Below, in pieces: positions 48,114-58,200 of a DNA stretch of 64,000 nt. The stretch is taken from the NCBI GenBank assembly GCA_945787895.1, contig CALZJQ010000002.1, positions 1,853-65,852 on the forward strand, read 5' to 3'. This DNA is from an uncultured Prevotella sp. GTDB taxonomy: Bacteria; Bacteroidota; Bacteroidia; Bacteroidales; Bacteroidaceae. The notes under the pieces were generated by a model. The model was not told where the DNA came from and did not search any database. It saw only the letters and a program-made list of their open reading frames with translations. The stretch's first letter is position 1. Each line of letters opens with the position of its first letter. Position numbers and translations under genes: made by a program.

Positions 48114-48685
48114 CTATTGTATCTCAGTAACTCTTCGTGTTTTGATATTTCCTCAGGAGTAAACCTCATGCGGATAACCTTTGCCGGAATACCGCCGATG
48201 ATACTATACGGTTCACATGATTTTGTCACTACACTGCCAGCTGCAACGATACTGCCCCTACCTATTGTGACACCTTTAAGGATTGTCACATTCGCTCCTA
48301 TCCAGCAACCGTCCTCTATACTGACAGGCTGATCATTTTCAGGAAGTTTCTCCTCGACTGTCACATCTATAGGAGACTTACCAATGACATCAAAACGATG
48401 ATTGCCTGTGATAATTGTCGGTTTCGGACCAAATCCCACTTTCCGACCTATCGTGCAAGGAGAATCTGTGCAATAGATAACGCATCCCTTAGGAATAATC
48501 GTTCCATCTCCTATCGAAAGATTCTCCAGTCCCTTAAAGTCCGAAGACGCAGGACGAATATAAACCCCTTTTCCACAACTCTTCATCGCCCTCTTATAGA
48601 AGAAAGCCAACACCCTATCGTATAAATAAGGTATCGCCCTGCTTGCCTTGATTACAACACTATATACATTCATACCGGGTATCAC
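48110..48685 (-). CDS. Hexapeptide-repeat (LbH) sugar O-acetyltransferase
   Basis: IEDGCWIGANVTILKGVTIGRGSIVAAGSVVTK…GGIPAK. Confidence 0.9.
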   Translation of the reverse strand: MIPGMNVYSVVIKASRAIPYLYDRVLAFFYKRAMKSCGKGVYIRPASSDFKGLENLSIGDGTIIPKGCVIYCTDSPCTIGRKVGFGPKPTIITGNHRFDVIGKSPIDVTVEEKLPENDQPVSIEDGCWIGANVTILKGVTIGRGSIVAAGSVVTKSCEPYSIIGGIPAKVIRMRFTPEEISKHEELLRYNR

Positions 48686-48706
48686 AAATCCTAAAAGGTA
48701 ATTCTA

Positions 48707-49879
48707 TCAAGCATTAGTCATCGTTCCCTCTTCCATATTCTTGTTCGCATTGAGGCAGAGCGCAAGGAGCATGCAGAATCCCATTCCCTTTCCAGAAAGG
48801 AAAGAAGTATCTGCCGTCTGCTCAATAACAAGACAGAAGAACGTTATCCATGCCACACGATAATAACGCAAATCTACTATCTCATTCATTGCTACCAGCC
48901 TACGCTTCCAGAATACGCAAAAGAAGAAGATACCTACCACGCCAAGTTGGCACAACGTAGGATAGAAAGCATCGGCAACGAACATCGGCAACTCAGGTGC
49001 ACAACCCCATACCGTATTCATGTGATATTTATACAGCAAGGGAGAGTAATAGTCTGCTGCAGCTGCACATCCCCATGTTCCCATTCCTGGACCAAAAGGG
49101 AAATAGTCCCAAAGTAACTCGGTGAACGCTATGCGATAAGTCATCGGACGTGCCAACTCCTCGCTGTCTATACCTGAAATATAATAAGCATCAAACTTTT
49201 CCCATGTCACATAGAGCACTACAGACATCATCAGTACAAGGGAAATAATAGTCTTCGGTGACTTGAATTTGAGTTTCTGCCTAAGAAAAAACACCATCCC
49301 GAAAAAGCAGACCACCTCTCCCATAAACTTGAACTTGGGAGCCAACATTCCGCTAAGCACAAGGGCAAGGGCAATATACGCATTCTTCTGTGTCTCAGGC
49401 TTCCAAAGATACCACGTCATACCAGTACATATAGCCAACTGACCAAGAACAACAAACTCTGCTCCAGAACCTAATTTCACCTCCGGATGATACCAAAACC
49501 ATGCAAACAGAGTGACTATCATACTCGCCAGCATGAGGTTCTTCTGCCTCTCGGTAAAGCGAGGATTCAATATCCATGTACAATATATCACGGAGAAAGG
49601 TCGTATCCACTGCACCATATCACGCAGCACGGCTTTCTCTACATTCTCACCGAAGAACAATCCATAAACCACGAAAAAAGCAAGTATCACAAGATATGTC
49701 TTGAACTCTCTCCACGGAGCACGATTAATGGACCGATTGTTGGCAACAAAAGTGTAAGCAATAAGTATCACGGTCATTATCTCATCCACCCATTTCATGT
49801 TTCCCACTTCATTGAAAGCAATACAGGTAGGGAAATAAATAATCCAGAATAAAGTATAAAAACTCGCTATCTTTTTCAT
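48707..49879 (-). CDS. Polysaccharide polymerase / O-antigen ligase-like membrane protein
   Basis: About 10 TM helices; ARPMTY…DYFPFGPGMGTW loop; locus context; upstream TAATTTTG. Confidence 0.7.
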   Translation of the reverse strand: MKKIASFYTLFWIIYFPTCIAFNEVGNMKWVDEIMTVILIAYTFVANNRSINRAPWREFKTYLVILAFFVVYGLFFGENVEKAVLRDMVQWIRPFSVIYCTWILNPRFTERQKNLMLASMIVTLFAWFWYHPEVKLGSGAEFVVLGQLAICTGMTWYLWKPETQKNAYIALALVLSGMLAPKFKFMGEVVCFFGMVFFLRQKLKFKSPKTIISLVLMMSVVLYVTWEKFDAYYISGIDSEELARPMTYRIAFTELLWDYFPFGPGMGTWGCAAAADYYSPLLYKYHMNTVWGCAPELPMFVADAFYPTLCQLGVVGIFFFCVFWKRRLVAMNEIVDLRYYRVAWITFFCLVIEQTADTSFLSGKGMGFCMLLALCLNANKNMEEGTMTNA

Positions 49880-50017
49880 GATAGTATATGTGCAAAATTA
49901 AAACAAATAACAAAATAAACCCTAAACAGATTATATCAAGGCAAAAGGAGGAGTCTGTATCCATTCCATCGTCTGTAAAAAACAGCCTGCATGATGATGG
50001 TCTCAGATTGGTCTCTT

Positions 50018-50776
50018 CTAAATCATTCCCCTACTCTTGATCTCAGAAATACGGAGAATCAGCCACTCGGGCAAGAGTCTCTTCAGCCAATACTTCAATG
50101 AGAAACTGCTGTTTACCCAAGATGCCGCATAGTGGTGGATGCAGCGGGTATTCTCTGTAATATGCAGTTTGCCTGTAGTCACATTTATCGGGCAGAAATA
50201 CTCTGAAGGATATATATATACACCCTCTATCTCCTGTATCCCCGGCACGGGCTTCAGACCATTCTCCATGAGCACCTTTGTTGCAATTACGACTACCGTT
50301 ATCTGATTACGCATATTTTGCTCGTTTATGAAATGCTTCCCATCATAGTAGTCCATCATTTTTTTTATCAGGCCGAGGCCGGGGGCCACGCCCAGGCCGA
50401 GGCCGGGGTTCGTGGCGATTTTATGGGATTTGAGCCTCTCCTTATAGTCGGTCTCAAACCCCATAAAACCGCCACGAACCAAGATATCGTCCAAAGGGCG
50501 TATCACCTCGACATCCGTATCGAAATATATTCCGCCGTACCTGTATAATATCCAGAAACGGGCATAGTCACTCACAAAAGCATATTTCCCCTGCTGATAG
50601 GCCTCCGCTGTATAAGGAATAATATTGACGTCAAAATTGTCTTCATTCCATTCCTTTATCTCATAATCCGGAAGATACTTCTTCCATGACTCTATACATT
50701 TTACTGCGAGAGGAGGTAGAGGATTACGCCCAAACCAGCAATAGTGTATTATCTTTGGTATCATCATAATCTTCAA
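50018..50776 (-). CDS. Glycosyltransferase family 32 (DXD)
   Basis: MIPKIIHYCWFG, AFVSDYARF, GGIYFDTDVE, HHYAASW. Confidence 0.92.
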   Translation of the reverse strand: MKIMMIPKIIHYCWFGRNPLPPLAVKCIESWKKYLPDYEIKEWNEDNFDVNIIPYTAEAYQQGKYAFVSDYARFWILYRYGGIYFDTDVEVIRPLDDILVRGGFMGFETDYKERLKSHKIATNPGLGLGVAPGLGLIKKMMDYYDGKHFINEQNMRNQITVVVIATKVLMENGLKPVPGIQEIEGVYIYPSEYFCPINVTTGKLHITENTRCIHHYAASWVNSSFSLKYWLKRLLPEWLILRISEIKSRGMI

Positions 50777-50857
50777 ATAATAAGTCGCTGTGAAAATTCA
50801 TCTATAAAAGCAGATAATCAAGAAAGACTCCTGCTCTATGAGGTCACAGTAGCACAA

Positions 50858-51081
50858 TTCCTTAATTCTGTAATTCTTGAAAAAACGCTCCGAAGTCGCC
50901 ATTCGGACTATCATCATCAAGAATTACAGAATTTAAGAAAACTCATTTTGCGAAAACTACTTCCCCCTGGTCAGTGAGTCCTACGGACATATTTCCTTAA
51001 TTCCTTAATTCTTGAAAAAATAGCACCATGAGTCTGCCCTGCAGACCAATATCATCATCAAGAATTACAGAATTTAAGAAA
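50858..51081. repeat. Two tandem family E nonamer-armed hairpin units
   Basis: TTCCTTAATTC..TAATTCTTGA left arms; identical 32-mer TATCATCATCAAGAATTACAGAATTTAAGAAA at 50909-50940 and 51050-51081. Confidence 0.8.
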
Positions 51082-52210
51082 GCCCGTCTTGCGGAAAACA
51101 CTTCAGAGCCGCCTCAATGACAGGAGCCATGTCATAATAGCGGTATTGCGCCAGACGACCACCAAAGATGACATCACGCTCCCCCTCTGCAAGGGCACGA
51201 TACTGCTCTGCAAGGCTATTGTTACGCTCATCATTGACAGGATAGTATGGCTCCATACCCTCACGATACTCCTCGGAATATTCTTCCGACACCACTGTCT
51301 TCGGACAATCATACACCTCCTGTCCGAACATCTCGAAATGCTTATGCTCAATGATGCGCGTATAAGGCACATCATGCGAGGTATAGTTCACCACAGCATT
51401 TCCCTGATAGTTCGGGATGTCCTCCACACGTGTCATGAATGACACCGTCCGCCAATCAAGCCTGCCGAGGGAATAACCGAAGTATTCATCAAGGGCACCA
51501 GTATAAACGAGTCTCGCTGCATACTTCCTCCAATCCCTATACTCCGAGCGGAAGAAATCCACACCTGTCTGGCAGTCCACACCGGCAAGCAACCCCTCTA
51601 TCAACCTGTTATAACCTCCGACAGGAATACCCTGATACCTGTCATTGAAATAATTATTATCAAACACCATACGCACAGGCAGACGTTTGATGATGAACGC
51701 CGGCAGTTCCGTACACCTACGTCCCCACTGCTTCTCGGTATATTCCTTGATGAGCTTCTCGAAAATATCCCTACCGACGAGCGTCAGAGCCTGCTCCTCA
51801 AGATTCTGAGGCTCACGACCGCCAAGTATTGCTACCGCCTCAGCTTTCTGCTCCTCTATCTTCGCCTCAGCCTCGGCAGGGGTCTTCACTCCCCACATCC
51901 TGTTGAACGTATTCATGTTGAAAGGAAGATTATACATCTCTCCCTTATAATTAGCCACAGGACAGTTGGTATAGCGATTAAACTCCACGATAGAGTTTAC
52001 GAAATCCCATACCTCCCTGTTGTTAGTATGGAAGATATGCGCCCCATACTTATGCACATTGATACCCTCCATTTTCTCACAATAGACATTACCCCCAAGA
52101 TACGGACGCTTGTCAATCACCAGACAGCGTTGCCCCGCCTTAGCGGCACGATAAGCAAATGTAGCCCCGAACAATCCCGAGCCTACAATTAGATAGTCAT
52201 ATTTCAGCAT
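51074..52210 (-). CDS. glf: UDP-galactopyranose mutase
   Basis: IVGSGLFG, GGNVY, HKYGAHIFHT, YTEKQWG, EPYYP, GGRLAQYRYYDM. Confidence 0.96.
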   Translation of the reverse strand: MLKYDYLIVGSGLFGATFAYRAAKAGQRCLVIDKRPYLGGNVYCEKMEGINVHKYGAHIFHTNNREVWDFVNSIVEFNRYTNCPVANYKGEMYNLPFNMNTFNRMWGVKTPAEAEAKIEEQKAEAVAILGGREPQNLEEQALTLVGRDIFEKLIKEYTEKQWGRRCTELPAFIIKRLPVRMVFDNNYFNDRYQGIPVGGYNRLIEGLLAGVDCQTGVDFFRSEYRDWRKYAARLVYTGALDEYFGYSLGRLDWRTVSFMTRVEDIPNYQGNAVVNYTSHDVPYTRIIEHKHFEMFGQEVYDCPKTVVSEEYSEEYREGMEPYYPVNDERNNSLAEQYRALAEGERDVIFGGRLAQYRYYDMAPVIEAALKCFPQDGLS

Positions 52211-52356
52211 ACTACTTATATTATAGAAGTTCCGCCTTAATCTCCTTAATGTATTATCTATATTCGATATGTCATTTATGTTATTTTCGCATGAAACAAC
52301 TACAAGTATCGAGACTCTACGAGAGAGTGTTTTACCTGTATGGCTGCATTATGAGA

Positions 52357-53361
52357 TTACTTCATAAACTTCAAAATTGTTCCGCCCCAACTCAAACCGA
52401 CTCCAAAACCACTAATCATTACGTCCATTCCCTCATGAATAGTTCCAGTCTCAAGGCATTGTTTCAATCCAATCATAATCGTAGAAGATACTGTATTGCC
52501 AGTTTCTTCTAAATTTATATAGAACTTGTCTTTGGGCAGTACACAGACCTTGCGGATAGTATTTAACATAAACTTGTTTGCCTGATGAAAGACATAGTAA
52601 TCAACATCATCGGATGTCACATTGTTCTTTGCAAGGATGTCTTTCATCATTGCTGGTACAGCTTCGAGAGTGAAGTTGAATATGGCAGAGCCATTCATAT
52701 ATAAATAATCGTCGAAACGCTGGTGCCCGTCCTCATCTTCTGTAACAATGCCTGTCGGCTGTTTGCAACGTGCCGCTCTTGTCTTCACTATCAGGTGGTC
52801 TGCACCACTGCCATCCGTTCCAAGAGAGAACTCGCCTATTTCAGCAAATCCCTCAGTTGACACAAGGCAAGCTGCTGCTCCATCGCCAAAGATAGAGCGA
52901 TTACTTTTGTCGGAATGATGGAGGTATTTGCTATAAGTCTCGGCTGTGAGAACAAGGACATTCTTTGCAATACCAGCTGCAATGAGGCCTTTTGCCATTG
53001 CCAAACCATAGACGCAACCTGAGCAACCAAGATTATAATCAAAGGCTCCTGCTGTAGTTGGTATTCCCAATTTGTGTTGTAGAATACATGCGGTTGACGG
53101 AAGGAAATAGTCAGGGGATTGAGTGCAAAGCATCACGAAGTCAATGTCACTGGGAGATACATTATATTCCTCGAATAACTTTCGGGCAGCTTTTTCAGCC
53201 ATATCGCCAGCCGTCTCGTTCTCAGCTGCAAGATGGCGCGAGTTTACACCCACCTTCTTCGCCACTTTGTCAACACTCCATTCGGGGAAGTCTTTCAGAA
53301 GCTCCTCATTTGTTACAACCCTTTCGGGCAGATAATATGATATTCCTTTTATATAAGCCAT
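52357..53361 (-). CDS. 3-oxoacyl-ACP synthase III-like protein (copy 1, intact)
   Basis: NLGCSG, FGDGA, FHQANKF, GNTVSS, GFGVGLSW; start MAYIKG. Confidence 0.92.
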   Translation of the reverse strand: MAYIKGISYYLPERVVTNEELLKDFPEWSVDKVAKKVGVNSRHLAAENETAGDMAEKAARKLFEEYNVSPSDIDFVMLCTQSPDYFLPSTACILQHKLGIPTTAGAFDYNLGCSGCVYGLAMAKGLIAAGIAKNVLVLTAETYSKYLHHSDKSNRSIFGDGAAACLVSTEGFAEIGEFSLGTDGSGADHLIVKTRAARCKQPTGIVTEDEDGHQRFDDYLYMNGSAIFNFTLEAVPAMMKDILAKNNVTSDDVDYYVFHQANKFMLNTIRKVCVLPKDKFYINLEETGNTVSSTIMIGLKQCLETGTIHEGMDVMISGFGVGLSWGGTILKFMK

Positions 53362-53369
53362 ATGTACAT

Positions 53370-54372
53370 TTAGAATTTCAGAACAGTGGCAGACCACGAA
53401 AGACCTACTCCAAAGCCGGCTATCATCACTTTATGTCCTTTCTGAATTAGATTCCTGTCAAGACAGTCTTTAAGTCCATTTGGAATAGACGATGACGTGG
53501 TATTGCCGATGTTCTCTAAGTTTATATAGAATTTATCTTTTGCAATGCCACATACCTTTCTGATGGTATTGAGCATGAACTTGTTTGCCTGATGAAATAC
53601 ATAGAAGTCAATGTCTTCATTATTCGCTCCGTTCTTCAAAAGTGTATCTTCAATAAGCTTTGGAACTCGATCAATGGTAAAGTTGAACACCTGTTCTCCA
53701 TTCATATAGAAATAGTCGTCACGGCGAATGTTCTCCTGGTCGTCAACCGTCTCGTTGCCTGTCGGCTGAAGATGTCTTGAAGCCCTGTTTTTCACGATGA
53801 TGCTTTCATAGCCACTGCCGTCTGTTCCATATACGGACTCTCCGATTTCTGCGAATCCATCTTTGGATATGAGGGAAGCAGTGGCAGAGTCGCCGAAAAG
53901 CATTCTGTTCTTGTCCTCTTTATGTAGATATTTTGATATTGTGTCTCCTGTGAGGAGAAGTACATTGTTTGCCAAACCAGAATCGACAAAGCTTTTGGCT
54001 ATTGCCAGTCCGTAAGCATAGCCAGAACAACCCAAGTCGAAGTCGAATGCACCTGCTTTTGTTGGTATTCCCAACCTGTCTTGGAGAATACAAGATGATG
54101 CTGGCAGGAAATGGTCGGGACTCTGTGTGGCGAATATTATGAAATCAATGATGTCTGGATTTATATTACATTCATCAAACATTCTCCGAGCAGCTTCGTA
54201 TGCCATGTCTGAAGCCGTTTGGCCTTCTTCTGCTGCGTATCGTTGATTCACACCCACACCCTTTGCAATCTTATCAATATCCACATCAGGAAATACTTCC
54301 TTTAACTGACTGTTAGTGAGAATATTGCCACTGGGGGGGGGTAAAGGTAGATATTGCTTTTATGTATGCCAT
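53370..54372 (-). pseudogene. 3-oxoacyl-ACP synthase III-like protein (copy 2), frameshifted in a C9 tract, possibly phase-variable
   Basis: ATG at 54372 (MAYIKAIST, paralogous to copy 1); 1003 nt = 3n+1; removing one C from the tract (54333-54341) gives 333 aa with an intact C-H-N triad. Confidence 0.85.
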
Positions 54373-54396
54373 AATGAAAATATTATTGTTTACAAT

Positions 54397-55137
54397 TTAT
54401 TCACCCCCTGTTAGCTTAATATTAGAGCCTGTCATCCATGAGGATGCATCGGAAAGGAGATAAATAGAAAGGTTTGCTATGTCTTCGGGGGTTCCGTAAC
54501 GCTTCAATGGATAGCGTTTCTCATCTTCTTTGAGTTGGTCTTCCGTTATACCGCCTTTGAAGATAAGGTCAGTCCATACCATTGCAGGGCTGATGCAGTT
54601 GACCCTTATCAATCTTGGGGCCAATTCTATGGAAAGGCAGTTGGCATAGGAAATGATTGCGCCTTTAGATGCGCAATACATAGCGTTTCCTATGGTAGGT
54701 GACTCGGCAGCTATCGAGGCTATGAAAACTATTGATGCCGCCTTATTGATTTTCTTCTGTTTAAGAAGCTCTGTCTGCAACATGACGGGTGCCTTGAAGT
54801 TCACATCCATCATATTGTCCAAGTCGCTTTCCTGCAACTGCTTGCATAGAACACGCTGCCCGATACCAGCACAGTGAACAATGCCATCAAGTTTTGGCAA
54901 TTCGGCTACCATTGATGAGATTTTGGCTGTATCAGACAAATCGGCAACGGCCTTTTGATTGTTTTCGCCGCTCATTTGAAGAAGTGTTTCGTTCAACCGT
55001 TCCTCATTGCGTCCGTTCACAATAACTGATGCTCCCATCTTGGAACAGGCAATGGCTATGCCACGGCCTATTCCTGATGAAGCTCCTGTTACGAGGATAG
55101 TCTTTCCTTCAAGCGTAAAAGGATTGAAATCTGTCAT
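54397..55137 (-). CDS. SDR family oxidoreductase (FabG-like)
   Basis: TGASSGIG, HCAG, YCASK, RVNCISP, YPLKRYG. Confidence 0.9.
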   Translation of the reverse strand: MTDFNPFTLEGKTILVTGASSGIGRGIAIACSKMGASVIVNGRNEERLNETLLQMSGENNQKAVADLSDTAKISSMVAELPKLDGIVHCAGIGQRVLCKQLQESDLDNMMDVNFKAPVMLQTELLKQKKINKAASIVFIASIAAESPTIGNAMYCASKGAIISYANCLSIELAPRLIRVNCISPAMVWTDLIFKGGITEDQLKEDEKRYPLKRYGTPEDIANLSIYLLSDASSWMTGSNIKLTGGE

Positions 55138-55139
55138 CC

Positions 55140-55367
55140 TTACTTCGATGCTACAAGGTTAAACAAGTCCTCTACGGTCACGCACTCACGGATTTCCTTG
55201 CCTGTGATAGTCTTTCCGTAAGTGGTTTTCACCATGGCAATAACACCCATGCCAGTGAGACTTCCCCACTCGTCGAGTTCATGGAACTCGGTGTTGGACT
55301 GGATTTCTGATGCCTCTGTGTCATCAAACTGTTCTGCAAAATTCTCGATAAATTCTTTTAATTCCAT
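55140..55367 (-). CDS. Acyl carrier protein
   Basis: 75 aa acidic protein; LDEWGSL (phosphopantetheine Ser), TVEDLF. Confidence 0.88.
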   Translation of the reverse strand: MELKEFIENFAEQFDDTEASEIQSNTEFHELDEWGSLTGMGVIAMVKTTYGKTITGKEIRECVTVEDLFNLVASK

Positions 55368-55379
55368 AATTTTTTATTA

Positions 55380-56033
55380 TTATTTTGTGAATTCTTTAAT
55401 TATTTTATATCTATTAATAAAGTATTTATTATAATTATACTCCAACTTATCCAAAGGCAATCTCTCACTTTCCATATATACAATCTTTTCATGTTCAACA
55501 ATTTCCTCTGGTGTAAACTTAAACCCTACCACTTTAGCAGGATTACCAATAACAATAGAATATGGCGGAATACTTCTTCTGACAACACTTCCTGCACCTA
55601 CCTCCGCTCCTCTTCCTACAGTAACCCCAGCAAGTATTGTAACATTTGCCGCTATCCATACATCTTCTTCTATGATTACATCCTTGTCTGCATCGGCAGG
55701 CTTCATATCATCAGTAATATCCCTGAGCCATTTTCCTGGGATAGAAATATGACTACCTGTTACGACACAAAGTCCCTCAGCAGCTCCAGAATTTTTTTTG
55801 AGAACAAAGCGAGCTCTTGTAGTTAATATCGTTGCTCCAGATAGGATACTCGTATTTTCATACATAAAAACATTTTTTATGCCTTTGATAGTAATCGGAT
55901 ACCTTACAAAAGCACTTGAATGGATATATCCGAACTGTGACCTTCTACATGCAAAATAACGTTTATAGAACGACAATACTATACCGAATAGTGTACCATT
56001 CTTTATTTTTTTTTTCAACTCCATAAAAAACAT
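55380..56033 (-). CDS. Hexapeptide-repeat acyltransferase
   Basis: IEEDVWIAANVTILAGVTVGRGAEVGAGSVV…GNPAK; in-frame A10 tract near the start. Confidence 0.88.
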   Translation of the reverse strand: MFFMELKKKIKNGTLFGIVLSFYKRYFACRRSQFGYIHSSAFVRYPITIKGIKNVFMYENTSILSGATILTTRARFVLKKNSGAAEGLCVVTGSHISIPGKWLRDITDDMKPADADKDVIIEEDVWIAANVTILAGVTVGRGAEVGAGSVVRRSIPPYSIVIGNPAKVVGFKFTPEEIVEHEKIVYMESERLPLDKLEYNYNKYFINRYKIIKEFTK

Positions 56034-56082
56034 ATTATTGATTATACGACTTTATACAAGCTAAAATGAAAAAAACCTTCTC

Positions 56083-57069
56083 CTAACGAACCACATACCC
56101 GATTTCCCCAAGCCATGTCATGACATCACGCATCCTTAGTTCCCAAGGAGCCATCTTCAATGCTACCTCCCGATTACGATCTACTAACGACTGATAGTCC
56201 GATATATGCGACAACACAGATATCACCTGATTGTACAACAAGCCAGAATCAAGGGGAGCAATAGAATAATTCGTCATACCTCTATGACTTATAAAACCCT
56301 CTATCTCGATACAAGGATTATAACCGATAAGCTCAACAAGTTCCTTTGGAGCATGACCGACCATTACCATACGAGTCAACATCGCTTCCCAATATCGTTG
56401 AGTCAATGTTTCCACCCCATCAGCAATCCTTGCATCCGTATCACACCTTGGAAGAGTGATTACAAGCTGAGAATCGTACATTCTCTCCCTCAATTCCTCA
56501 TCGGACAATCTACGTTCAAGATTGCCTGTAAACAGACAATTCACGCCATCCCATGTTGAAGTGTCAAACAAAGCTCTATTGTTTCTGCCAAACTCTAAAA
56601 GACCAATACTACGCTCGCCAAGAGGTTTCCCCTCCCCATACTTTGTGATGTCAATACCCTCTGTGACGACAAATGTTTGCAGTTGAGGCAAACGCTGACG
56701 TATTCTCTCTGCACTCTGCTGTGACGTAAATATAGCAGTCCTGACCTCATGTTTCACCAACCATCTGCATATCCTGTCATCAAGGCAAGGCCAACAATCC
56801 CACAAGAAAGGTATTATCTCATAACACATATAATCGGGGAAAGCATCAAAATATCTGTTGATTGGCTCCATGAATCTCAACCTCGCCTCTCCTGAACTAT
56901 GCCAGAAAGTCGGCAACTCATGATTATGAAAGAAACCTATAAGAGGTTGAAACAGATAATGTGACGATGCTGTCATTCCTCCAATGTTCTTCCAAGCATT
57001 GTATGGACCTATCTTAAAATTGATACTTCCCTTCCTGATATATGGCGCAACGGCTACAACTCTTTTCAT
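56083..57069 (-). CDS. Putative glycosyltransferase (GT-B-like) / hypothetical protein
   Basis: WDCW, GIDITKY, LEFGR, TLTQRYWEAML resemble a GT-B C-terminal domain; locus context. Confidence 0.5.
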   Translation of the reverse strand: MKRVVAVAPYIRKGSINFKIGPYNAWKNIGGMTASSHYLFQPLIGFFHNHELPTFWHSSGEARLRFMEPINRYFDAFPDYMCYEIIPFLWDCWPCLDDRICRWLVKHEVRTAIFTSQQSAERIRQRLPQLQTFVVTEGIDITKYGEGKPLGERSIGLLEFGRNNRALFDTSTWDGVNCLFTGNLERRLSDEELRERMYDSQLVITLPRCDTDARIADGVETLTQRYWEAMLTRMVMVGHAPKELVELIGYNPCIEIEGFISHRGMTNYSIAPLDSGLLYNQVISVLSHISDYQSLVDRNREVALKMAPWELRMRDVMTWLGEIGYVVR

Positions 57070-57072
57070 AAC

Positions 57073-58149
57073 TCAAAAACGCTTACAGAATTTCTTTATC
57101 ACACGCGGCAACATATCGAAAGGAAAACACAGCATACCATAAGCCCTCGCTGACCAAGCTCCCAGATGCTGTGCCAACCAAAGGAGACGTAATGCTCTCC
57201 TCATTTGAGATGTGGAACGATAATCAAATGTATTCAAACGTCTGCGGTTCTCCTCATCGGCATATTTAGTGTCCTCGATCAGAGAGAAATCTGATGATAG
57301 GTCTATTGGTTGTTTAGAATACTCATACGTACCAGCAGTATTTCCGAAATGGTCAGCTATAGTCTGACAATAGACGCCGCTACCGTCAAAACCAAGATTT
57401 CTGACCAAAGACTGCACTGGAGTGATAGCATATTTGTCCTTGACTGCAAGATATGACCTGCAAGCCATATCCGTAGCAACCCACATAAGCCTGCACGCCT
57501 TTTTCATTGGAGTACAGGCTGCACAGATATACTCCATAAGACAAGCATCTATCATCTTCTCATACTTTCTCTTATTAATTACATCAGGTAACGCCCGCAA
57601 CATCATACCGCTATATATGAACTGATTACGCACCCTACACTTTTCTTTCCAATATCCTGTACCCCAGGCAGAATGGTTTATCTGCTGTCTGAAACAAGTA
57701 GCACCGTCGGACACATCCCAATCCACAGGATAGGAATATCCACATACCGCCACGACCGACTCGTCATCCTTATATTTCTCAAGGCATTTATTCATATAGA
57801 CGAGAAAATTGGGCGAAAATACATTATCATCCTCGGAATAGACATATCGGTCTATGCCAACCGTAGCATCTTCAATGGCAACTTTTCCGTTTCCTTTCCC
57901 CGAAAAGAAATAATTCGTTTCACGGCGATAGACTGTAAGCGACCTGAAACCATTATGAGTCTCTTTTTCCTTTAGATACTCATCGTTTTTTTTCCAACCC
58001 TCTACATATCGGTCGGACGGAGGATAATCGAGAGCCACATAGACATTCGTCTTGTCTGCATCCGTACATCTCTCCAATGATTCCAGACATTGGCGAAAAT
58101 GCTCATGCCTGTTCAGCGTTGTTATTATTACTGGTGCGTAAATATTCAT
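57073..58149 (-). CDS. Glycosyltransferase, GT-A/family 2-like
   Basis: APVIITTLNR, YSEDDNVFSPNFL, SAWGTG, VRNLGFDGSG. Confidence 0.8.
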   Translation of the reverse strand: MNIYAPVIITTLNRHEHFRQCLESLERCTDADKTNVYVALDYPPSDRYVEGWKKNDEYLKEKETHNGFRSLTVYRRETNYFFSGKGNGKVAIEDATVGIDRYVYSEDDNVFSPNFLVYMNKCLEKYKDDESVVAVCGYSYPVDWDVSDGATCFRQQINHSAWGTGYWKEKCRVRNQFIYSGMMLRALPDVINKRKYEKMIDACLMEYICAACTPMKKACRLMWVATDMACRSYLAVKDKYAITPVQSLVRNLGFDGSGVYCQTIADHFGNTAGTYEYSKQPIDLSSDFSLIEDTKYADEENRRRLNTFDYRSTSQMRRALRLLWLAQHLGAWSARAYGMLCFPFDMLPRVIKKFCKRF

Positions 58150-58200
58150 TTTTTATCCAAGTTCAAGATTTATTGTCATTTCGCAATTATACTCTCATCA

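Noticed and set aside
50372-50409. GC-rich duplication inside the GT32 gene
   Set aside because: It encodes the in-frame PGLGL-GVA-PGLGL motif, an ordinary protein-level repeat.
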